Numbered from the whole stretch's first letter, positions 50,403-60,889 are shown. The stretch is 62,078 bases of DNA, filler included, from 10 parts of 10 records of this genome joined end to end with filler, not necessarily neighbours in it; one strand, 5' to 3'. Numbers and translations: made by a program. Notes: generated from the letters alone by a model not told the origin.

Positions 50403-53005
50403 ATACGACTTACCGCATACCGTTGCCAGGCACACAACTGGACTATTTCGATACCCGTTCAGCGATCGATGCCATTCAACCGGGCGCCTACGAAAAACTC
50501 CCCTACACCTCGCGTATACTGGCAGAGCAGCTTGTGCGCCTCTGCGATCCGGCCACGCTTGAGGATTCACTTAAACAGATTATCGAGCGTAAACGTAACC
50601 TGGACTTCCCCTGGTACCCGGCACGGGTCGTATGCCATGACATCCTCGGCCAGACCGCCCTGGTAGACCTGGCCGGCCTGCGTGATGCCATCGCGGACCA
50701 GGGTGGTGATCCGGCCAAGATCAACCCGGTCGTCCCCACCCAGCTGATCGTCGACCACTCCCTCGCGGTCGAAGCACCGGGATTCGATCCGGATGCGTTC
50801 GAGAAGAACCGCGCCATCGAGGATCGCCGCAACGAAGACCGGTTCCATTTCATCGAGTGGACCAAGACAGCCTTCCGGAACGTGGACGTGATCCCGGCCG
50901 GGAACGGCATCATGCACCAGATTAACCTGGAAAAGATGTCGCCGGTCATCCAGTCTCGAGATGGTGTGGCATTCCCGGACACCTGCGTGGGCACGGACAG
51001 CCACACCCCCCACATCGATTGCCTTGGAGTAATCGCGATCGGAGTCGGCGGCCTGGAGGCGGAAACGGTCATGCTGGGAGGTCCATCGATGATGCGCCTG
51101 CCCGACATCATCGGTGTCAGACTGACCGGCAGGCGTCAGCCCGGCATCACCGCCACCGATATCGTTCTGGCATTAACCGAATTTCTGCGCGGGCAAAAGG
51201 TTGTCTCGGCGTACCTGGAATTCTTTGGCGATGGGGCGGCTGATCTGACCATCGGAGACCGCGCAACCATCTCCAACATGACCCCGGAATTCGGCGCGTC
51301 GGCCGGCATGTTTTACATCGACCGACAGACCATTGAGTATCTCACCCTGACCGGGCGTGACGCCGACCAGGTGGAACTGGTAGAGAACTATGCAAAAACC
51401 ACGGGTTTATGGGCGAACAGCCTGAACCGGGCCGAATACGTGCGCGTGCTCGAGTTCGATCTCTCCGGCGTTGTCCGCAACATGGCCGGACCTTCCAACC
51501 CGCACCGGCGCCTGCCGACATCGGCGCTTGCAGAAAAAGGTCTCGCCGGTGATCTGGACAAAGCGCTGGCCGAAGAAGCGGAAGGCCGAATGCCCGACGG
51601 CGCCGTCATCATTGCCGCCATCACCAGCTGTACCAACACCAGTAATCCTCGCAACGTGGTAGCTGCCGGCCTGGCGGCCCGCAAGGCAAACGAGCTGGGG
51701 CTGACACGCAAGCCCTGGGTCAAGTCATCGTTTGCACCCGGATCCAAGGTTGCCCGGTTGTATCTCGAGGAAGCCGGGCTGTTACCGGAACTCGAAAAAC
51801 TGGGATTCGGTATTGTCGCCTACGCCTGCACCACCTGTAACGGCATGAGTGGAGCACTGGATCCAGACATTCAGCAGGAGATTATCGACCGTGACCTCTA
51901 CTCCACCGCGGTGCTATCCGGGAATCGCAACTTCGATGGCCGGATCCACCCCTACGCGAAACAGGCCTTCCTTGCGTCACCTCCACTGGTAGTTGCTTAT
52001 GCGATCGCCGGTACCGTGCGTTTCGATATCGAACAGGACGCGCTGGGAACCGACGACAACGGCAACCCGATCACGCTGAAAGACATCTGGCCGAGCGATA
52101 ATGAAATCGATACGATCGTAAGCAAACACGTGAAGCCCGAGCAATTCATCCAGGTATACAAGCCGATGTTTGACCTGGGAGAGGTGAAAGAGGCGGACAG
52201 CCCGCTGTACGACTGGCGCCCGCAATCCACCTACATCCGCAGACCGCCCTACTGGGAAGGCGCGCTGGCAGGTGAGCGCACCCTGAAAGGAATGCGTCCG
52301 CTGGCATTACTCGGCGACAATATCACCACCGACCACCTGTCCCCGTCCAACGCCATTCTGGCTTCCAGCGCCGCCGGCGAATACCTGACCAAGATGGGGC
52401 TGCCCGAAGAGGACTTCAACTCGTATGCGACTCACCGTGGGGATCACCTGACGGCGCAACGGGCGACCTTTGCAAACCCCAAACTTTTGAACGAGATGTG
52501 CCGTGATGAAAACGGCGAGATCAGGCAGGGTTCACTCGCGCGTATCGAGCCCGAAGGCACCCAGACCCGCATGTGGGAAGCCATCGAAACCTATATGGAG
52601 CGCAACCAGCCGCTGATCATTGTCGCCGGGGCCGACTACGGGCAGGGCTCCTCCCGTGATTGGGCTGCCAAAGGTGTACGGTTGGCCGGCGTCGAGGCCA
52701 TCGTTGCCGAGGGGTTTGAACGGATCCACCGCACCAACCTGGTCGGGATGGGTGTGCTCCCGCTGGAGTTCACAAACGGACAGACCCGTAAATCCTCCAC
52801 CATCGACGGCACCGAGACCTTTGATGTTCTCGGCGAACCCACCCCCGGTGCCGAGCTGACTCTGGTCATGCACCGGACCAATGGAGAAACAGTCGAAATA
52901 CCGGTGATCTGCCGGCTGGATACGGCAGAAGAGGTTTCCGTGTACGAAGCGGGCGGTGTGCTGCAACGATTCGCCCAGGATTTTCTCGAGTCGTCAGCTG
53001 ACTAA
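50399..53005 (+). CDS. acnD: Fe/S-dependent 2-methylisocitrate dehydratase AcnD
   Basis: RVVCHDILGQTALVDLAGLRDA, AAITSCTNTSNP, YACTTCNGMSG, YGQGSSRDWAAKG. Confidence 0.96.
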   Translation: MNTTYRIPLPGTQLDYFDTRSAIDAIQPGAYEKLPYTSRILAEQLVRLCDPATLEDSLKQIIERKRNLDFPWYPARVVCHDILGQTALVDLAGLRDAIADQGGDPAKINPVVPTQLIVDHSLAVEAPGFDPDAFEKNRAIEDRRNEDRFHFIEWTKTAFRNVDVIPAGNGIMHQINLEKMSPVIQSRDGVAFPDTCVGTDSHTPHIDCLGVIAIGVGGLEAETVMLGGPSMMRLPDIIGVRLTGRRQPGITATDIVLALTEFLRGQKVVSAYLEFFGDGAADLTIGDRATISNMTPEFGASAGMFYIDRQTIEYLTLTGRDADQVELVENYAKTTGLWANSLNRAEYVRVLEFDLSGVVRNMAGPSNPHRRLPTSALAEKGLAGDLDKALAEEAEGRMPDGAVIIAAITSCTNTSNPRNVVAAGLAARKANELGLTRKPWVKSSFAPGSKVARLYLEEAGLLPELEKLGFGIVAYACTTCNGMSGALDPDIQQEIIDRDLYSTAVLSGNRNFDGRIHPYAKQAFLASPPLVVAYAIAGTVRFDIEQDALGTDDNGNPITLKDIWPSDNEIDTIVSKHVKPEQFIQVYKPMFDLGEVKEADSPLYDWRPQSTYIRRPPYWEGALAGERTLKGMRPLALLGDNITTDHLSPSNAILASSAAGEYLTKMGLPEEDFNSYATHRGDHLTAQRATFANPKLLNEMCRDENGEIRQGSLARIEPEGTQTRMWEAIETYMERNQPLIIVAGADYGQGSSRDWAAKGVRLAGVEAIVAEGFERIHRTNLVGMGVLPLEFTNGQTRKSSTIDGTETFDVLGEPTPGAELTLVMHRTNGETVEIPVICRLDTAEEVSVYEAGGVLQRFAQDFLESSAD

Positions 53006-53017
53006 CGGAGGCTCATC

Positions 53018-54196
53018 ATGGCACACGTACCGCAGATAAAAATCCCTGCCACCTACATGCGCGGCGGTACCAGTAAAGGTGTATTCTTCAACCTGGCTGA
53101 CTTGCCCGAGTCTGCACGAGTCCCGGGTAAGGCACGAGACAAATTGCTGCTTCGCGTGATCGGCAGCCCTGATCCGTATGAGAAACAGACCGATGGCATG
53201 GGCGGGGCAACATCGAGCACCAGTAAAACGGTTATCCTTACCCGAAGTGACAAATCGGATCACGATGTCGACTACCTGTTCGGGCAGGTATCCATCGACA
53301 AACCCTTTGTCGACTGGAGCGGCAACTGCGGCAATCTCTCTGCAGCCGTCGGCCCGTTCGCGATCGCGAGCGGACTCGTCGATGCGGACAAAATCCCCGA
53401 GGACGGTATGGCCACCGTACGTATCTGGCAGAAAAACATCGAGAAAACCATTGTCGCCCATGTGCCCATCACCGGCGGTGAGGTTCAGGAAACAGGGGAT
53501 TTCGAGCTCGACGGCGTGACCTTTCCGGCCGCCGAAGTTCAGATTGAGTTCATGACCTCGGTGAATGCATCGGAGACCATGTTCCCCACAGGCAACCTGG
53601 TTGATGATCTGGACGTCCCCGGGGTCGGTACATTCAACGCGACCATGATCAACGCCGGCATCCCGACCATTTTCCTGAACGCTGTTGATCTCGGCTACAC
53701 CGGTACCGAACTGCAGGAGGCCATCAATGGCAACGACAAGGCGCTGGAACTATTTGAAACCATCCGCGCCCATGGTGCGGTTCGAATGGGCCTGATCGAT
53801 GATATCGCCGAAGCGGCCGACCGGCAGCATACGCCGAAAGTGGCGTTTGTAGCCGAGCCCGCAGACTACGAGGCGTCCAGCGGCAAGAAAATCAGCGCCG
53901 CTGATATCGACCTGAACGTGCGCGCGTTGTCGATGGGCAAGCTGCATCATGCGATGATGGGCACCGCCGCCGTTGCCATTGGCACTGCTGCCGCGATTCC
54001 CGGTACCCTGGTCAACATCGCAGCCGATGGCAGGCAACGCAACGCAGTGACGTTCGGACACCCTTCGGGCACATTGAGAGTCGGTGCGGAAGTCGTGGAG
54101 AATCAGGGAAGTTGGAGCGTGAACAAGGTCGTTATGAGCCGCAGTGCGCGGGTACTGATGGAGGGATGGGTTCGCATTCCCGGTGATGCGTTTTAA
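53018..54196 (+). CDS. prpF: 2-methylaconitate cis-trans isomerase PrpF
   Basis: YMRGGTSKG, DWSGNCGN, SMGKLHHAMMGT, MSRSARVLMEG. Confidence 0.96.
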   Translation: MAHVPQIKIPATYMRGGTSKGVFFNLADLPESARVPGKARDKLLLRVIGSPDPYEKQTDGMGGATSSTSKTVILTRSDKSDHDVDYLFGQVSIDKPFVDWSGNCGNLSAAVGPFAIASGLVDADKIPEDGMATVRIWQKNIEKTIVAHVPITGGEVQETGDFELDGVTFPAAEVQIEFMTSVNASETMFPTGNLVDDLDVPGVGTFNATMINAGIPTIFLNAVDLGYTGTELQEAINGNDKALELFETIRAHGAVRMGLIDDIAEAADRQHTPKVAFVAEPADYEASSGKKISAADIDLNVRALSMGKLHHAMMGTAAVAIGTAAAIPGTLVNIAADGRQRNAVTFGHPSGTLRVGAEVVENQGSWSVNKVVMSRSARVLMEGWVRIPGDAF

Positions 54197-54217
54197 TCAC
54201 CTCACCACCTATGGGAA

Positions 54218-54909
54218 TTACATCAGCGGATCGATCAAACTTGCCAGGCTTTGCCGTGCCGATTGCAGATGTCTCTTCATGTAGACGCCAGCAAGTTCCG
54301 AGTCCCCATCGGTAATAGCCTCCAAAATATTCCGGTGTTCCTCGAGCGCTTGCGCCCCCGGCCCTTGATATGCTGATGCTGGCTTCGACACACTAATATT
54401 TTGGGATACAGATCTTCACAGAGTATATTGAAAAGGACGGGGTTCCCGGAGCCTTTCGCAATAGCATAATGAAAATCAAAATCCTCCGGGGATTGAAAAT
54501 AGGGATTTATTTTCTCCCGCGAAAACATTGAAAGGTGATTCTTATACAGCTTTTCCAGCCCCGATCGCTCCGCCGCCGTCATCTTCTCTGCAGCCAATCC
54601 GGCGGCCAGTATTTCAAGCGATTCACGTACCTCCGTCAGGTAGAGCATATCAACCAGCGAGGTGCTGGCCACCCGCGCCCCTGCGTTCGGGATAAAATCC
54701 ACGAAATTGCGCTCGGCCAGACGCCGCAACGCTTCGCGTACCGGTCCGCGACTTATCTTGAAGCGTGAGGCGATGACGGCCTCATTCAGTTTCTCACCCG
54801 GTTTGAACTGACCCCTGATTATCTCTTCGCACAGTATATTCGCTATAATCTCCGAGCGTTCCCGGCTTTCAGTGTGAAGGAGTGTGGGTTTATCGTCCAC
54901 CTTTGCCAT
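54218..54909 (-). CDS. Second GntR/FCD regulator (frameshift at C5 run 54355-54359)
   Basis: GEKLNE..ISRGPVREA, DFDFHY; restoring one G gives ALEEHRNILEAI...MKRHL. Confidence 0.85.
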
Positions 54910-54994
54910 ATTGTCTACAATACTTCCTGATTCAATTGAATTCTGACACATATCTGCAGCTTTCTGCCAAAGACTACAGTATATTGTTGACAAT
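54910..54994. promoter_or_regulatory. Two PrpR-type operator variants in the gntR/tctC divergent region
   Basis: ATTGTCTACAAT (54910-54921) and ATTGTTGACAAT (54983-54994). Confidence 0.7.
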
Positions 54995-55145
54995 GTCCAA
55001 TGTATATTCTAAAAAAAGATCAGAGACGTGCAGACTTAAATAATCATCAATCATAGCGATCTGATGGATCAGGAGGGCAAAAGCAGAGCAGGAACATCAA
55101 AGTACACATTAACGGTGTTTTGAATTCACAACTGAGGAGGAGACC

Positions 55146-56114
55146 ATGAAAATCAAATCGATGAGAGTGTTGTTGTTAAGTTCGTTGTTTGTCGTTGCGT
55201 CTACCAGCCTGGTTTTTGCTGCTGAGTGTATCGCACCGGCTAATCCCGGCGGAGGGTGGGATTTTACCTGCCGCCAGATCAGTAAAGTGATGTACGATCT
55301 CGGCGCTATCGACAAACCTGTCCAGGTAACAAATATGGCCGGTGCCGGCGGCGGGCTGGCATTCAACCATGTCGTGGCCGAGCGCAACGACGATGCAGAA
55401 CTGATCGTTGCAGCATCGTCGGCAACGACGACCCGTCTGGCCCAGAACGCCTATGCAGGCATGACCGCCGACCAGGTTCGCTTCGTCGGTGCGATAGGCG
55501 CTGACCCTGGAATAATCCTCGTCGGTGCCAAAAGCCCGTTCAACTCGCTTGGCGACCTGGTTGATGCAATCAAGAAAGATCCCAACTCCGTCGCCTTTGC
55601 CGGCGGTTCAGCGGTGGGTGGCTTCGATCACCTGAAGCCATTGATGGTTCTCCAGCGCGCCGGCGTCAAAGACGTCACGAAGGTACGCTACATCTCCATG
55701 TCCGGTGGCGCTGATGCGATCACCCAGACCATCGGAGGTTTCACCCAGGCGATGACCGGAGATATGTCCGAAGCAGTTGGCTTCATCAAGTCCGGCGATG
55801 TCAAGGTTCTGGCCGTATTGACCGAAGAACGTGTACCAGGCTTTGACGATATCCCAACCGCCAAGGAACAGGGGTTTGATATCGTTGCCGTCAACTGGCG
55901 CGGCCTCTATGTACCCAAAGGTGTTTCGGACGACGTATTCAACACGTGGGCCGACCGTCTCCAGAAAGTTGCCGACTCGGATGAATGGAAAAAGATCATG
56001 ACCGACAACGGGCTGGCTCCGTTTACCAAGGTGGGCGGTGATTTCCAGGGTTACGTCGACCAGGTGGTTGCCGAGGTTCAGAAACTCAGTAAAGAACTCG
56101 GGGTAATCCAGTAA
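55146..56114 (+). CDS. tctC: Tripartite tricarboxylate transporter substrate-binding protein
   Basis: ECIAPANPGGGWDFTCR, NMAGAGG, NWRG. Confidence 0.93.
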   Translation: MKIKSMRVLLLSSLFVVASTSLVFAAECIAPANPGGGWDFTCRQISKVMYDLGAIDKPVQVTNMAGAGGGLAFNHVVAERNDDAELIVAASSATTTRLAQNAYAGMTADQVRFVGAIGADPGIILVGAKSPFNSLGDLVDAIKKDPNSVAFAGGSAVGGFDHLKPLMVLQRAGVKDVTKVRYISMSGGADAITQTIGGFTQAMTGDMSEAVGFIKSGDVKVLAVLTEERVPGFDDIPTAKEQGFDIVAVNWRGLYVPKGVSDDVFNTWADRLQKVADSDEWKKIMTDNGLAPFTKVGGDFQGYVDQVVAEVQKLSKELGVIQ

Positions 56115-56448
56115 TGTCCAGCGATCGGATTTTCGGACTGATTGCAGCAGTCGTGGCGCTCGCGTACATCGCGAGCGCCACCCAGATCAAGACGGGATTC
56201 ATGACCGACCCGGTGGGACCGAAAGGCTTCCCGCTGCTGGTAGGTGTGGTCGGGGCGCTCTGTGCCATGTTCATGGTGTTCAAGCCGGACGACAACCCGA
56301 CCTGGCCGGAGCTGCGTACGCTTGGCGCGTTGCTGTTCTCCGTCATCGTTCTGGTCTGCTACGCCTATGCCCTGAAGCCCCTGGGGTTCCTGGTGCCGAC
56401 AGCCCTGACGGCAGGCATTCTGAGCTATCAGATCTCGCCCGGTATCAA
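56114..56448 (+). CDS. tctB: Tripartite tricarboxylate transporter TctB, 3'-truncated
   Basis: DPVGPKGFP, LGF; follows tctC. Confidence 0.88.
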
Positions 56449-56548
56449 NNNNNNNNNNNNNNNNNNNNNNNNNNNNNNNNNNNNNNNNNNNNTTAATTAA
56501 TTAANNNNNNNNNNNNNNNNNNNNNNNNNNNNNNNNNNNNNNNNNNNN

Positions 56549-56810
56549 GGGTGACTGAACCCGTCTCCGCACCCGAGCCGCTGTCTGAAAACAATGGGGG
56601 AAGCGTAGTATCGAGAAAAGATACGTCGATCGCTTCGACCGGGCATACCGCATAACAATGGCCGCACTGCATGCATGCATCACCGTGCAGACCGACCCGA
56701 CCGGATTCATCGAGTTTCAGGATTCGATCCGGGCAGACGCGCACGCATGCTTCGCACCCGGTACAAACGGCTGTATCGATGACCGGCAGGGAGCTGAGAT
56801 TATCTTTCAT
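56549..56810 (-). CDS. 2x[4Fe-4S] protein, probably the N-terminus of a nitroreductase-family protein; truncated
   Basis: CTGCEACVRVCP and CMQCGHCYAVCP. Confidence 0.75.
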
Positions 56811-57283
56811 CGCGTCATCCCTATCACAGCAGTGATCAGTTTCCTCGCCGCATCGTAGATGTCGGCATCCGAGCTTGCCCGCGGACCCGCAACGTTGAGA
56901 ATTTTAGCCCCGCAGGACACGACCCAGGCCGTCACATCCGCCCCAGCCTCATCAGCACCACAGGTATCGAAATCGACATGCAGACACGGTTTGCCCAGAC
57001 GATGCGCAATTTTCATCGTCAGCGCTGATCCTCCGGTAAGCGGTCCGTGGGAGACAATCAGCGTCGCATCGGCGTCCCGCACGTTTTTCTCCGTCCGGTC
57101 GGCGTAGTTTCCAGAGGCAAGTTCTTCCATCAGATATGTCTCCGGAAGCATCCCCTGTTCGGTTTTCCGCCCAGACGGGATGGAACCGCCATAGGGAAAT
57201 GAGAGAGAGATCGCCCCGTCAAGCGCTCCCTGATCGGCACCCGTCTGTCCACCTGATATGATTTTTTGAAGTTTTGTCGTCAC
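56807..57283 (-). CDS. Putative molybdenum-carrier (SLOG superfamily) protein
   Basis: KIISGGQTGADQGALD, RTEKNVRDADAT, LNVAGPRAS. Confidence 0.9.
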   Translation of the reverse strand: MTTKLQKIISGGQTGADQGALDGAISLSFPYGGSIPSGRKTEQGMLPETYLMEELASGNYADRTEKNVRDADATLIVSHGPLTGGSALTMKIAHRLGKPCLHVDFDTCGADEAGADVTAWVVSCGAKILNVAGPRASSDADIYDAARKLITAVIGMTR

Positions 57284-57521
57284 CGCTTTTTTTCATTTCC
57301 TGGTGGCACCCGGGAGGCAGTTCTCCTTTCTACGTACATGAAAAGCGTGGACAGAATGATTTTCGCATTCCACCGCGAAAAAAGTCAGTCCCCCAGTCCC
57401 CTTATCGCTCAGTATGCCAGATACGGCTGGCAGGGGCAAGATCATCCCTGCCTGTGCAGGACTGCTTTGACATTATCATCGACCATCAGGTATATATCAG
57501 CAACCCTAATCCGGAATTTTC

Positions 57522-58313
57522 ATGTCAAAACAGATTGTCTACCGCACCCATTTTGAAAACCAGGTGGTCGAGGTCATCGATACCGGTGACAGGCGCTCGC
57601 TCTACTTTGGAGGGAACTCGCTGCAATCGGCGATGTACCACTCCGCTCCCCACCAGCTCGCGCTATCCTACACCCGCTTCATGATGGCACCGCTGGTACT
57701 CAATGACGATCCACAGCGCATCCTGCTGGTGGGAATCGGTGCCGGATCGATGATCCGATTCTTCCACCACCATTTCCCCTCCGCACGGATCGACGGGGTC
57801 GACAACTCATCAGCCGTTATCGATCTCGCCAGGGAATATTTCCATCTTCCCGGCAGCGACATCATCACTATCCACTGCTGCAGCGGGTTCAACTTCCTGA
57901 CCGAGCGCACGGAAGAATATGATTATGATCTGATCATGGTCGATGCATTCGATGCATTCGGCATGGCTGAAGCGATCTACAACCGTGAATTCTTCGAACT
58001 CTGCCAGCACCACCTCTCCGTCACCGGCATCGCAAGCCTGAATCTATGGAGCGGGGATCAGCCCCGCATGGAGGACATCGCCGGGGACATCGGCGCGTAC
58101 TTCGAATCGTGCCTCGAACTGCCGGTACCCAACCGCGGCAATGTGATCGTACTGGCCGGACGGGGGGACATCCTGTCACCATTCGTCGAGGCCAACCCCG
58201 AAATCCTCGACGAATTGCAGAGTCGATTCGAACTCAACTTCAGGGAGATGGTCAAGATCGGCAGAAAGGTCAATCTCGGATTCTTTGAGCGGCTGCCGCG
58301 CCTTTGGTCATAG
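57522..58313 (+). CDS. Spermidine-synthase-like SAM-dependent methyltransferase
   Basis: LQSAM, LSYTRFMM, LLVGIGAGS, DLIMVDAFD. Confidence 0.85.
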   Translation: MSKQIVYRTHFENQVVEVIDTGDRRSLYFGGNSLQSAMYHSAPHQLALSYTRFMMAPLVLNDDPQRILLVGIGAGSMIRFFHHHFPSARIDGVDNSSAVIDLAREYFHLPGSDIITIHCCSGFNFLTERTEEYDYDLIMVDAFDAFGMAEAIYNREFFELCQHHLSVTGIASLNLWSGDQPRMEDIAGDIGAYFESCLELPVPNRGNVIVLAGRGDILSPFVEANPEILDELQSRFELNFREMVKIGRKVNLGFFERLPRLWS

Positions 58314-59288
58314 CTGGTCTCCGATCGCTTTCCTGATCACCTGCACCTGATCGACGAGGTCATCGATCTCCTGCCGCCAGTAGTTGTAGGAGCCAAAGTC
58401 TTCATTGACCTTTGTGAATCCGTCATCGACGAACTGGTGCGCGCACCAGCTGATATAGTGGATGAAGCGCATCGCCCGGAGCGGTTCGATCAGCCGAAGG
58501 GTCGAACGATCAAAGGTGTTGAATGTCTCGTAGCCCTCCAGCAGAAGCGCCAGCTCTACCCGGGAGTCGTCGATGCTGCCGGGCAGTAGCATCCACAGAT
58601 CCTGAATCGGCGGACCCACCACCATGTCGTCGAAGTCTATGATATAAAAGGACTCGTCCGGACGATAGATCAGGTTACCGCTGTGGCAGTCACCGTGCAG
58701 CCGGCACATCCTGACCGAACGAAAAGACGGTTCGATGATCTCGAGCAGTTCTGCGCTCACCGATTGGAACTCTGCCGCAAGGTCCTGCGGGATCAACGCA
58801 GTGGCGACAAGCGCGGCGACCTGGGCGCGGGTCGTGTCGTGCGGGTGTAACCGGTTCCGGTTCGGTGCATCCCCGCCTTCACCGACCGTGTGCAGCCTTC
58901 CGAGCAATCGGCCCAGCTCGAGCCATTGCTCGTCGGAGTATTCATCGACCAGTCGACCACCGAGACGCGGATAGACCGCGAAACTGACGTTCTCGCACGA
59001 GGCGAGACGGCTGCCGTCCTGCAGTTCAAACGGTGCGATCACCGGCAACTCAGCTGCGGCACATTCGGATACGAACTGGAGCTCATCTTCGAGGGCCGCC
59101 CGTCTCCACCTCGTGGGCCGGTAGAACTTGGCGACCAGAAACTCGCCATCTTCATCCTGCAGCTCGTAGACACGGTTGATGTAGCTGGCATGGGGACGGC
59201 ATACATTGAGCAGTCTCCTGCCGGTCGCCTGCTCGACCGAGTTCAGGATAGTATCCGGATTCAGTGCTCCAAAGGGGGAATCTGTCAT
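58308..59288 (-). CDS. srkA: Ser/Thr kinase SrkA/RdoA (YihE)
   Basis: SYINRVY, VAKFYRP.RW, RLHGDCHSGN, DFDD, IQDLWMLL, IEPLRAMR. Confidence 0.92.
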   Translation of the reverse strand: MTDSPFGALNPDTILNSVEQATGRRLLNVCRPHASYINRVYELQDEDGEFLVAKFYRPTRWRRAALEDELQFVSECAAAELPVIAPFELQDGSRLASCENVSFAVYPRLGGRLVDEYSDEQWLELGRLLGRLHTVGEGGDAPNRNRLHPHDTTRAQVAALVATALIPQDLAAEFQSVSAELLEIIEPSFRSVRMCRLHGDCHSGNLIYRPDESFYIIDFDDMVVGPPIQDLWMLLPGSIDDSRVELALLLEGYETFNTFDRSTLRLIEPLRAMRFIHYISWCAHQFVDDGFTKVNEDFGSYNYWRQEIDDLVDQVQVIRKAIGDQL

Positions 59289-59380
59289 GTATCAAAACCA
59301 ATAGTTTTCATGAGTGCGGTCAAAATGGTATGGTGTGCACCCTACTCACTCGATGACAAAGAAACCACCAGAATTTTACG

Positions 59381-60142
59381 ATGAACCACCCCGTCGACGA
59401 CCTTCCCCGGCATTGCACCGCTTCAGGCTACTGCCGCACGTGTTGCACCACGCATGCGCTGCCGACCGGCACTGCGCGCCAGAGGGCCCTGGACATCATG
59501 GAACTGTTCGAGCACACAGAATCGATAGCGCTCAACGCCGGCTGCTCTGAGCTTTCGGACCACTCGACCGCGCCGCTTTTCGGCGAGGCGCGCGGCAAGA
59601 TGTTCGGCGTGCTCGAGTGTGTGGATCGTGACGGCCTGATCCACTGGCTTTATTCGTTTTCCGGGCAGTACAGCAGCCGCTGGCTCCTGCCCGGGTGGGC
59701 GCCACCACTCTTCGACGTGGAGCAGTTTCAGCAGATCAACGATCCGGAAGAGCGGCACATCAAGGATATCACCCGGCAGATTGAAGCAGGCATGGAGGCG
59801 GCGCGTGAGAAAGAACTGAAAACCGAGCGTACCCGGCGCTGCCGGCAGCTGATGAAAGATATCCATGCGCTCTACTCGCTTACCAACTTCCGTGGTGAAA
59901 CAGCCACGCTGGACGAAGTGGTGGGGGCTGAACGCAACCACCCCACCGGAATGGGCGACTGTTGTGCACCCAAACTGCTCAACAACGCGGCTCGGCGGGG
60001 ATTGAAGCCGGTTTCAATGGTGGAGTTCTATTTCGGTCGGGAGAATCGCTCACGAACCAGAAAGCACGCTCAGTTCTATCCACCCTGCTCCGACAAATGC
60101 AGACCGCTGCTCGGCTTCCTGCTGTGCGGTGCGCAAGAGTAA
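59381..60142 (+). CDS. Stand-alone TrcP-like cytidine-deaminase domain protein
   Basis: GKMFGVL, SFSGQ, WAPPLFD, GMGDCCAPKLL, MVEFYFG and FYPPCSDKCRPLLG match the N-terminal domain of long RluA/TrcP proteins. Confidence 0.7.
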   Translation: MNHPVDDLPRHCTASGYCRTCCTTHALPTGTARQRALDIMELFEHTESIALNAGCSELSDHSTAPLFGEARGKMFGVLECVDRDGLIHWLYSFSGQYSSRWLLPGWAPPLFDVEQFQQINDPEERHIKDITRQIEAGMEAAREKELKTERTRRCRQLMKDIHALYSLTNFRGETATLDEVVGAERNHPTGMGDCCAPKLLNNAARRGLKPVSMVEFYFGRENRSRTRKHAQFYPPCSDKCRPLLGFLLCGAQE

Positions 60143-60145
60143 TCA

Positions 60146-60778
60146 ATGAATCCTGCGATCATCTACCAGGACGATTCGCTCGTGATCGTCGACAAGCCCG
60201 GCGGGCTGCTGGCGGTTCCCGGACGCGGCCCGGACAAACAGGACTGCGTCGTCTCCCGGGTGCGGGCACAGTTCCCCCGGATGATGGACCAGCCGGCGGT
60301 GCACCGTCTTGACATGCAGACCTCCGGGATCATGGTGCTGGCAATGCACCCCGCCGCCCACAAATCGCTCAGCAGACAGTTCCAGGGTCGTCAGGTAGTC
60401 AAGAGGTACGAAGCGGTGGTGGACGGCATCATCGAGAAACCGTCCGGCGTGATACGGCTCGCCTTTCGCCTCGACCCGGAAAACCGGCCCCACCAGATCT
60501 ACGACCCGGTGAACGGTAAAGACTCGGTAACCCTGTGGAAACGGATGTCCATAGATGGACAGACCACCCGGGTCGAATTTACCCCGCTGACCGGACGCAC
60601 CCATCAGCTGCGCGTGCACAGTGCCCACCACCTCGGTCTCGCCGCCCCGATCATCGGGGACGCGCTGTACGGAACCGGCAGCGACGGCGACATGATGTAC
60701 CTGCATGCAGTCTATCTCTCGTTCAACCACCCCGACGATGACCGAATCGTGGAATTTTCCAGCCGCCCGCCGTTCTGA
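60146..60778 (+). CDS. rluA: RluA-family pseudouridine synthase
   Basis: VDKPGGLLAVPG, VHRLDMQTSG, KRYEA, TGRTHQLRVH, IIGDALYG, LHA. Confidence 0.95.
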   Translation: MNPAIIYQDDSLVIVDKPGGLLAVPGRGPDKQDCVVSRVRAQFPRMMDQPAVHRLDMQTSGIMVLAMHPAAHKSLSRQFQGRQVVKRYEAVVDGIIEKPSGVIRLAFRLDPENRPHQIYDPVNGKDSVTLWKRMSIDGQTTRVEFTPLTGRTHQLRVHSAHHLGLAAPIIGDALYGTGSDGDMMYLHAVYLSFNHPDDDRIVEFSSRPPF

Positions 60779-60889
60779 GCACATTTGTATTTACGCACCC
60801 GCTGCCAGCGCTTACCGTATGTAGTAAACGCACCGGTTCCGAGGCAGCCGGGTTGAGCACGTATCATCTGATCACGAGGACATGCAGCC

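Noticed and set aside
7480-54359. Frameshifts in xis (7480), GT4 (23134), qrcA (27941), TPR (43441) and gntR (54355), also near 5577, as programmed frameshifting, phase variation or pseudogenes
   Set aside because: All are 1-nt indels in 4-6-nt homopolymers across unrelated genomes, including a core respiratory gene. Sequencing error is the simplest explanation; read inspection would confirm.
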